Of a stretch of DNA of 64,000 nucleotides, positions 57,453 through 64,000 are shown piece by piece. The number at the start of each line of letters is the position of its first letter. Positions within the stretch are counted from its first letter, which is position 1. The position numbers and the translations under genes were made by a program. Source of the DNA: Crocinitomicaceae bacterium. Lineage in GTDB: Bacteria > Bacteroidota > Bacteroidia > Flavobacteriales_D > Crocinitomicaceae. The stretch spans positions 10,926 to 74,925 of the forward strand of contig JABURP010000067.1 in NCBI GenBank assembly GCA_014762645.1, in the 5' to 3' direction. The notes under the pieces were generated by a model that was not told the origin of the DNA, did no database searches, and worked only from the letters and a program-made list of their open reading frames with translations.

Positions 57453-58004
57453 TTATTTAATAAAATCTGGATGTTTTCTGTCCTTATCAGATAGCACCGG
57501 GTTATCTGTTGGCCATTGAATGTTAAACAGAGGATCGTTCCAGCGAATTCCTTTTTCTTTATTAGGTGTATAAAATTCAGAAACCTGATAAAAGACTTCG
57601 CAGTTATCTTCCAGCGTAATGAAACCATGTGCAAATCCTTCGGGAACGTAGAGCATGGTATTGTTCTTATCTGTGAGTTCTATTTGCAAATGCTGACAAT
57701 ACGTTTCTGAGTCCTTTCGAATATCAATTATAGTATCAAGGATAGCTCCCTTTTGGCACCGGATCAACTTTGCTTCCTCTGCCCCGTTTATCTGATAATG
57801 CATACCTCTCAAAGTATATTTTTTGGTCGAAACGGATAGATTACTCTGGGGCATCACTGTATTCAGGCCATGCTCTTTAAATTCATTTGCACAAAAGGCC
57901 CGTGCAAAAGATCCCCGATCATCTATCATGGGTTCAAGCTCTATAATAAAAGCACCTTTTAAATGTGATTCTGTAAATTTCATAAGTACTCGCTTATTGT
58001 GCAA
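57453..58004 (-). CDS. dTDP-4-dehydrorhamnose 3,5-epimerase-family protein
   Basis: DDRGSFARAF, LRGMHYQ, VPEGFAHGF. Confidence 0.8.
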   Translation of the reverse strand: MHNKRVLMKFTESHLKGAFIIELEPMIDDRGSFARAFCANEFKEHGLNTVMPQSNLSVSTKKYTLRGMHYQINGAEEAKLIRCQKGAILDTIIDIRKDSETYCQHLQIELTDKNNTMLYVPEGFAHGFITLEDNCEVFYQVSEFYTPNKEKGIRWNDPLFNIQWPTDNPVLSDKDRKHPDFIK

Positions 58005-59001
58005 CTTCTAATTTATTCAACTTGTGTTTTAGCGTTCTGATCCTTACAAATTGATCCCCATCAAAATCTTCCTTTGAAAAGTTGTGTTCCTTGAACTTAT
58101 CAAAGAGTTCTACCATTCCTGATTCTACACTATATTCTAGTTTAAAGCCTGGAATAACTTCTGATAACAGATCAAAATTAACCCGATAGTTTCGCGGATC
58201 TTCTCCTACTTCATTTGTGTAAACGATCTCCGCATCAGGGAGCAGTTTTTGTACAATGTCTGCCACATCTTTTACCTGATAGTTCTCCTCATTGCTGCCA
58301 ATATTAACTGCTTTGTTAAAAATTGCTTCTCTTGGAGCTTCTGCAAATGCAAGGAATGCTCTGGCAATATCCTTACAATGAACGAGCGGTCTCCAGGGAG
58401 TGCCATCACTTTTGATCTGGATATTTCCATTTACAAAAGCACAGCCCAACAGGTTATTAACCACCAAATCAATTCTCAAATTAGGAGAGTGACCGTAAGC
58501 AGTGGCATTTCTAAGGTATGCAGGTGCAAAATTATCATCTGCCATTTTCTTTACTTCCTTCTCGGTTTCGATTTTAGAATGTGCATAAGCAGTAATGGGG
58601 TTTAGATTCGCTGTTTCGTCCAAATCCAATGATTCACCTTTTCCGTAAACTGAACAGCTCCCCGAGAATAAAAATCTAGGCACGCCAGCTTCTTTACTTT
58701 TCTTCGCCAGGTCAATTGATCCTCTTAGATTATTTGCATAAGTCAGGTCCTCTACGAGGTCTCCCATTGGATCATTTGAAATAGCTGCAAGATGAATAAC
58801 GCAGTCATGCCCGCTTAACTCATCCATGGTTAAATCTCTGAAATCTTTACTCAGTTCATTATCTGCTGTTGGCAAATTTTCCCAGGCGCATTCTTCAAAC
58901 AAGTTCAAATCAACACCTGTAACCTGATGCCCGGCATTTTGAAATAATTTTACCACGTGCGGACCGATATATCCTTTGTGTCCTGTTACTAATACTTTCA
59001 T
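57994..59001 (-). CDS. NAD-dependent epimerase/dehydratase family protein
   Basis: MKVLVTGHKGYIG, SGSCSVYG, YAHSK. Confidence 0.75.
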   Translation of the reverse strand: MKVLVTGHKGYIGPHVVKLFQNAGHQVTGVDLNLFEECAWENLPTADNELSKDFRDLTMDELSGHDCVIHLAAISNDPMGDLVEDLTYANNLRGSIDLAKKSKEAGVPRFLFSGSCSVYGKGESLDLDETANLNPITAYAHSKIETEKEVKKMADDNFAPAYLRNATAYGHSPNLRIDLVVNNLLGCAFVNGNIQIKSDGTPWRPLVHCKDIARAFLAFAEAPREAIFNKAVNIGSNEENYQVKDVADIVQKLLPDAEIVYTNEVGEDPRNYRVNFDLLSEVIPGFKLEYSVESGMVELFDKFKEHNFSKEDFDGDQFVRIRTLKHKLNKLEVAQ

Positions 59002-59052
59002 TACGTCTTTTATTTAATTAAATGTTTTTAATCCGATTGAAGTTGTATTTAA

Positions 59053-59829
59053 CTACTCCCAAATTCTCCAGGGTGGATTAGTATTCCATAATTTTTCTAG
59101 GTCAACTTTATCGCGCAAGGTATCCATGCACTTCCAAAAACCATGATGCTTATACACTACAATTTCACCGTTTTTAGACAAATCGCTTAAGGGTTGTGCT
59201 TCCCACATTATGTCATCAGCATCATCATGCAGGTAATTGAACACTTCTGGCTTGAGCACGAAAAACCCACCATTGATCCAACCACTGTTCTCTTTTGGTT
59301 TTTCCGTAAATGTTTTTACCACGTTATTATTGTCCATCTCCAACACACCAAACCTGTTTCCAGGCTGGACACCTGTCATGGTACAAATCTTCCCATTTTC
59401 ATTGTGGAACTGAATGAGTTCTTTAATGTTTACATCTGCTACACCATCACCGTAGGTCAATAAAAAATCCTCATCTCCAATATAGTCCTTTACGCGTCTC
59501 AACCTTCCTGCAGTCAATGTCTCCAAGCCTGTATCTACCAGAGAAATTTTGAAATTTTCAGCATGTTTATGGTGTACATCAACACTATTTGTGGCCAAAT
59601 CTACTGTACAATCAGCATTGTACATAAAGTAGTTGAGGAAGTAGTTTTTAATAATCTCTCCTTTATAACCGAGACAGATGACAAACTCGTTAACGTCATA
59701 AGCAGAATAAATCTTCATAATATGCCACAAAATGGGCTTGCCACCAATTTCTATCATTGGTTTTGGCTTCAAATGTGATTCTTCCGAAATACGTGTTCCT
59801 TTTCCGCCTGCAAATAGCACTACTTTCAT
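59053..59829 (-). CDS. rfbF: Glucose-1-phosphate cytidylyltransferase
   Basis: MKVVLFAGGKGTRISEESHLKPKPMIEIGGKPILWHIMKIYS; 258 aa. Confidence 0.85.
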   Translation of the reverse strand: MKVVLFAGGKGTRISEESHLKPKPMIEIGGKPILWHIMKIYSAYDVNEFVICLGYKGEIIKNYFLNYFMYNADCTVDLATNSVDVHHKHAENFKISLVDTGLETLTAGRLRRVKDYIGDEDFLLTYGDGVADVNIKELIQFHNENGKICTMTGVQPGNRFGVLEMDNNNVVKTFTEKPKENSGWINGGFFVLKPEVFNYLHDDADDIMWEAQPLSDLSKNGEIVVYKHHGFWKCMDTLRDKVDLEKLWNTNPPWRIWE

Positions 59830-59846
59830 TTCTTTCTATTTTTAAA

Positions 59847-60911
59847 TCAAAACTTCAGTCTAGAAAACTTTTTTTTTCCCAATATAAAATAGTCCCAAAC
59901 AATACTTCTTCTATAGATTCCGTTTTTGGCTTCCGTTTTCACATGTTTGAGCGCGTTTAATCTGCTTTGTTTCCATAATTTTCGTTTGAAAAAAAAGTGA
60001 AGATGAGCTGTCATAATAGCTCTTACCTCTGTAAACCTCAGCGTAAACAAAGCACGCGTTGCTGCTACTATATCCAAACCAATGCGCATAAAAATTGTTG
60101 GAAAGATTCTGCGTTTGGGTAAGTTCTTATATAACATCACCAAATTATTCCTGTAATTGTGGTAGAGTTTAGTAAAGCTTCCGTATTTAATAATACTTCC
60201 TCCAACGTGATACACGACTGATTTCGGATAGACAACAATATCGTACCCTGCATTGCTAATTCTCCAGGAAAGATCAATTTCTTCCATGTGCGTAAAAAAA
60301 TTGTTGTCTAACCCACCCAACTCGTGATATAGGTCTGCTTTGAGGATCATACATGCACCAGATGCCCAAAATATTTTTTCGCACGAATCATATTGATGTT
60401 CATCTTTTTCCAGTGTATTGAAAATTCTTCCCCGGCAAAACGGATAACCATATTTGTCAATATACCCTCCAGAAGCTCCAGCATAATCAAAATGATCCGG
60501 CTCTGGTTGGTGCAATATTTTTGGTTGAGCAGCACCAATATTTTTATGTTGGTCCATGTAATCAATTATGGTATCCAACCATTCTGGGGTTACTTCTACA
60601 TCAGAATTAAGCAATACGTAATATTCTGCATCTATATTAGCGAGTGACTGGTTATAACCACCAGTAAACCCGGCATTAATTTCAATTTTAAAAATCTCAA
60701 CTTCCGGAAAATTTTCCTCAACGTATTTTATGGAATCGTCTGTAGAACCGTTGTCAATATATACTACAGTTCTATCTTGATATTTGGTTTGAAGAATGCC
60801 AGGAATAAAGCGTTCCAGATAATCTTTACTGTTGTATCCTAATAACGCGATAGCGACTTTTTTACAAGTTATCCTGGGAGTTGAACTCATTATAAACTGT
60901 AAAGCTATCAA
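59847..60911 (-). CDS. Family 2 glycosyltransferase
   Basis: VAIALLGYNSKDYL, YIDNGSTDDS, LNSDVEV. The start may be the internal Met (MSSTPR). Confidence 0.8.
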   Translation of the reverse strand: MIALQFIMSSTPRITCKKVAIALLGYNSKDYLERFIPGILQTKYQDRTVVYIDNGSTDDSIKYVEENFPEVEIFKIEINAGFTGGYNQSLANIDAEYYVLLNSDVEVTPEWLDTIIDYMDQHKNIGAAQPKILHQPEPDHFDYAGASGGYIDKYGYPFCRGRIFNTLEKDEHQYDSCEKIFWASGACMILKADLYHELGGLDNNFFTHMEEIDLSWRISNAGYDIVVYPKSVVYHVGGSIIKYGSFTKLYHNYRNNLVMLYKNLPKRRIFPTIFMRIGLDIVAATRALFTLRFTEVRAIMTAHLHFFFKRKLWKQSRLNALKHVKTEAKNGIYRRSIVWDYFILGKKKFSRLKF

Positions 60912-60923
60912 TTAAAAATGTTT

Positions 60924-61988
60924 TCACGTATATATTGATTCATCTTCAATTTGAACTCTAACAGATTCTTTATGTATTAACTCCAGTAAATCCTTTACAA
61001 ATTCAGTACTCAGACCTTTTTCAGCTCCTATTGCAGTTCGTGTTTCGAGAATTTTTTTCCAGCGTTTAAGCTGCAAAACCGGAAGGTCACTTTTACTTTT
61101 AATCCTTCCAACCTCTTTAATTAATTGCAGCCGTTCATATATAATGTCTATTAGCTGCATATCAATATCATCAATAGATGAACGCAATTGTTCTATCATC
61201 AGGAGCTCTCCATTTCTCAGTGGCGACCTTTTATGTTTTAGTGAGGCTAAGATGGTTTTAAGATCACTTGGTACAACTTGTTGTTTTGCGTCACTCAATG
61301 CAGTTTCCGGATGAATATGACTTTCAATCATGAGCCCTCGAAAACTAAGGTCTAAGGCAAATTGTGATACTGATTTTATTAGCTGCCTGTTGCCGGCTAT
61401 GTGCGAAGGATCACAGATGATATCCAGATCAGGAAATAATCGTTGTAATTCAATGGGAATTTCCCATTTTGGGATGTTTCTAAACGGCGCATCCTTATGA
61501 GCCGTGAATCCGCGGTGAATTGCTGCAATTTTGTAGGTACCTGCCTGGTAGATGCGCTCAATCGCTCCGATCCAAAGTGACAGATCAGGGAACATTGGGT
61601 TTTTAATCATAACCGGCACCTTGGTTCCTTTCAAAGCATCAGCAATTTCCTGAACGGAAAACGGGTTTACCGTTGTTCGCGCTCCGATCCATAATATATC
61701 CACATCATGTTTGAGCGCATGTTCAACGTGTTGCGCATTGGCAACTTCAACGGTTATCGGAACTTTAAATTCTTCTTTGATGCGTTGCATCCATGGCAAT
61801 GCAATTGCACCTCTTCCTTCAAATGAATTCGGGCGCGTTCTGGGTTTCCAAATTCCAGCTCGAAATGCAGAAATAGAACAACTACCTATTAGTTCCTTTG
61901 CCGTATCGTACAATTGCTCCTCCGATTCTGCACTGCAAGGGCCTGATATAATTATAGGATGCCGGTCGTGATCAAAAATACTCTCCAT
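60924..61988 (-). CDS. Bifunctional 3-deoxy-7-phosphoheptulonate synthase (type I-beta) / chorismate mutase
   Basis: N-terminal DAHPS/KDO8PS-like barrel (IISGPCSAESEEQ, GIWKPRTRPNSFEG, CDPSH). C-terminal AroQ-type chorismate mutase helix (LRSSIDDIDMQLIDIIYERLQLIKEVG). Confidence 0.8.
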   Translation of the reverse strand: MESIFDHDRHPIIISGPCSAESEEQLYDTAKELIGSCSISAFRAGIWKPRTRPNSFEGRGAIALPWMQRIKEEFKVPITVEVANAQHVEHALKHDVDILWIGARTTVNPFSVQEIADALKGTKVPVMIKNPMFPDLSLWIGAIERIYQAGTYKIAAIHRGFTAHKDAPFRNIPKWEIPIELQRLFPDLDIICDPSHIAGNRQLIKSVSQFALDLSFRGLMIESHIHPETALSDAKQQVVPSDLKTILASLKHKRSPLRNGELLMIEQLRSSIDDIDMQLIDIIYERLQLIKEVGRIKSKSDLPVLQLKRWKKILETRTAIGAEKGLSTEFVKDLLELIHKESVRVQIEDESIYT

Positions 61989-62003
61989 TGGTTTGAGATC
62001 TAA

Positions 62004-63509
62004 TTAGTTCTGATTCTTTTTGGATTGAATTTTCTCTTCCGGTGTCAATCCTTCATTACCTACACTTAAAATACCTTCAGGCATTTCTTTGGTACATGGT
62101 TTTTCTTTTGGCGCGACAGAGGCTCCTTTATATTTTCGGTTCTTCATTTTTGGCAAGACTTCGCCACCCATATCTCTTTGAGATTTTCCTTTCTTGTTTT
62201 TACCACCAGAAAACAACCTGTTCTTAAGTGTTTTATAATAAGGTTCCCAAAGTTCACCATTGTGTAGATCTTCCAGTAAATGATCGTATTGTTCAGTCAT
62301 TTTTTCACGCCACTCCTTATTAAAATAGACCGTCTTTTCAGCCCATTTGTGGCAGTAGAAGCAGTTTTCACAATCCAGTTCCTCACATCCTTGTTTTTCA
62401 AATCGTTTTAAGAATCCATCCAGTGCGCGGTTATCAACAAACACCGGATTGTCTTCTTTTCTTGGATAGAGCATTGAAGTATTTTTACCATATTCATCAA
62501 TTTCAGTGAACTTGGTCATGTTGAACTGGAAAGGCTTGAAGAAATATTTCATTTTTCTCTTCAGGGAATAGCTGTCCTTCTCGTCTTTTGATTTCATTGA
62601 ACTAGCCGGGTAAGCGTAGTTCTGAACGATATCCAATAAATTTCCGTCGTACTTTCTGTTGTGGTATGCATCAACCCGTAAGGTTAAGATGTCCGTAGGT
62701 GTATTTCTTTCAACGATCTTGAAGTTGGTATATCCCATTTCTTCGTAATAATGCAGGTCTTCAGGTCGAATCCAGTTAGCGCGCAAGTAGTTTACAGGCT
62801 CTTCCAGACGGAATGCATTACAATACACAGAGCAATAATCCAATGGGAAATTCTGTTTACCGCGCCTTGAAGCATTGGAAAGCAAAACCGCATGATTAGA
62901 TGCAATGGCACAATCCTGTCTACACCAATTGTTGACAATAAGAGACAGATCAATGTCTACAGCTTCCCGCATGGCTCTTAAAATCTTAAACTCTCGGTGT
63001 ATGGTAGTTTCAGAAATCACAACACAATCTGCGCCATTGTCTTCCCAGAACCGCACCTGACGGGCGTTATCAGTTTCTCTGTGGGCCGAAATTCGAACTT
63101 TAAACTCCGGATAATTCTTTTTAATTGCCCTTAGAAAGAACAAGTTGGAAACGGTAATGGAATCTACTTCAATTGAACTTAACCAATCCAATAGTTTTCG
63201 CAGTTCTCTTTGCCCTTTCGTTGTGAATTCAACATTATTCATACTGGATGAATTCAGTAGGTAATTGAACTCTATGCCATTTTCATGACAGTATTTAACG
63301 TAATTGGCCAACCTTGTTTTATCTACATCAGGTAAATAGAAGGACGGTCTACCACCTCCAAAAAAATCGGTAGTTAGCTTTCCGTAAACCTCATAAACAG
63401 GGTAATCAGAAATGTTTTCAATTAATTTCTTATCAAAATTTGATGCAACCGAGAATCGGACGGGTCTGTCCTTCACTGGTACATTGTTTATATTCTTTGG
63501 GAACTTCAT
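62004..63509 (-). CDS. U32-peptidase-like TIM-barrel protein with extra Cys clusters (divergent; function unknown)
   Basis: Layout resembles the U32 family (GIEFNYLLNSS, VDSITVSN, ISAHRETDNARQV, GADCVVISE, IDLSLIVNNWC). Cys motifs WCRQDC...DYCSVYC and CEELDCENCFYC. Lys-rich tail. Confidence 0.4.
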   Translation of the reverse strand: MKFPKNINNVPVKDRPVRFSVASNFDKKLIENISDYPVYEVYGKLTTDFFGGGRPSFYLPDVDKTRLANYVKYCHENGIEFNYLLNSSSMNNVEFTTKGQRELRKLLDWLSSIEVDSITVSNLFFLRAIKKNYPEFKVRISAHRETDNARQVRFWEDNGADCVVISETTIHREFKILRAMREAVDIDLSLIVNNWCRQDCAIASNHAVLLSNASRRGKQNFPLDYCSVYCNAFRLEEPVNYLRANWIRPEDLHYYEEMGYTNFKIVERNTPTDILTLRVDAYHNRKYDGNLLDIVQNYAYPASSMKSKDEKDSYSLKRKMKYFFKPFQFNMTKFTEIDEYGKNTSMLYPRKEDNPVFVDNRALDGFLKRFEKQGCEELDCENCFYCHKWAEKTVYFNKEWREKMTEQYDHLLEDLHNGELWEPYYKTLKNRLFSGGKNKKGKSQRDMGGEVLPKMKNRKYKGASVAPKEKPCTKEMPEGILSVGNEGLTPEEKIQSKKNQN

Positions 63510-63556
63510 TTATTCAATATTTTGTGCGAAGTTCGATCAATAGAGGAGTAAATAAT

Positions 63557-63570
63557 ATGATCCACATCAT
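63557..63570. promoter_or_regulatory. FNR-type box ATGATCCACATCAT
   Basis: Perfect match. A minus-strand GAACTTCG (63527-63534) lies 33.5 bp from the dyad centre. It is 48 bp upstream of the U32-like gene. Confidence 0.6.
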
Positions 63571-63644
63571 ATAATTGGGGTGGTCCACAACACTCTCATT
63601 TGCAGTTCCCGTTGGAAATCGTTATTTTAACCAAAATTTATCAT

Positions 63645-64000
63645 ATGAACTCAAAACTTACTTTATTTATTTCCTTGTTAATTATTTCGAGTGTTGCATT
63701 CGATCAGAGTTTAATTCTTCAACCGGATGCCGTGGATGGCAAGGATGCAATGATATATGATTCTTATCCGGATAATAACTTTGGGACTTATCCTAATATT
63801 CAAACTGAAGCATGGACCACTGGTGGTTCAGCTTTTTTAAGTAGAAGTTTCATTGGTTTTAGTCTGGCAGGATTACCCGCCAATTCTACAGTTACAAGTG
63901 CTAAATTATCTCTTTTTTATGGTCCGCAAGGAGACGGCGATCCTCATTCAACTCTTAGCGGTTCAAATGCGAGTATAATTGAGAGAATCCTAGATAATTG
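63645..64000 (+). CDS. Secreted protein, N-terminal DNRLRE-like domain; truncated by the window end (not in the supplied ORF track)
   Basis: ATG at 63645, signal peptide (LTLFISLLIISSVAF), DSYPDNNFGTYPN...SRSFIGFSLAGLPANSTVTSAKLSLFY. Open frame to pos 64000. Confidence 0.5.
   Translation, partial: MNSKLTLFISLLIISSVAFDQSLILQPDAVDGKDAMIYDSYPDNNFGTYPNIQTEAWTTGGSAFLSRSFIGFSLAGLPANSTVTSAKLSLFYGPQGDGDPHSTLSGSNASIIERILDN

Overview
This is an AT-rich, densely coding 64 kb segment that looks like a Bacteroidota chromosome. Supporting signs are a T9SS-type C-terminal sorting domain on a secreted protease, TAnnTTTG-type -7 promoter elements, and little sign of Shine-Dalgarno sites. I recognised no rRNA, tRNA, CRISPR array, transposase, integrase or defence-type genes.

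The window has three blocks:
1. **1-17 kb, signalling neighbourhood.** It holds nine receiver domains, four HPt domains, a sigma-54 activator (NtrC type), a LytTR regulator, a six-PAS hybrid kinase translationally coupled to a small H-NOX-like protein, and secreted proteases.
2. **17-56 kb, anaerobic nitrate-respiration and NO-stress island.**
   - Regulators: three Crp/Fnr paralogues.
   - Molybdenum supply: Moco biosynthesis genes (moeA, moaC-moaB fusion, moaA) and modA-mop-modBC.
   - Nitrate and NO handling: two NarK-type transporters with a porin, a NarC-like cytochrome c with narGHJ and a cytochrome c::NarI fusion, a NorCB-like pair, RIC and a hemerythrin protein.
   - Other genes: a tandem tyrosine phenol-lyase-type and tryptophanase-type pair, ADP-forming acetyl-CoA synthetase with nadAB, ctaA and nrdJ.
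3. **56.5-63.5 kb, one long minus-strand operon.** It starts with a U32-like Fe-S protein and a DAHP synthase/chorismate mutase, followed by glycosyltransferase and CDP/dTDP-sugar genes.

The strongest non-coding signals are two regulatory codes visible directly in the intergenic DNA:
- **FNR-type palindrome.** Fourteen copies of ATGAT-N4-ATCAT sit at a phase-locked distance of 33.5 bp to the -7 box. They tie almost every transcription unit of the island, and the U32-like operon, into one putative regulon.
- **Sigma-54 promoters.** Three -24/-12 promoters each lie about 75-130 bp downstream of TTTTCA-N3-TGAAAA inverted repeats.

Several proteins show unusual active-site or architectural features: NorB-like H-S-M in place of H-x-H, a CDO-like cupin lacking two catalytic residues, an H-NOX-like protein lacking Y-x-S-x-R, and the cytochrome c-NarI fusion. 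All family assignments come from motif recognition by eye. None has been checked against a database.
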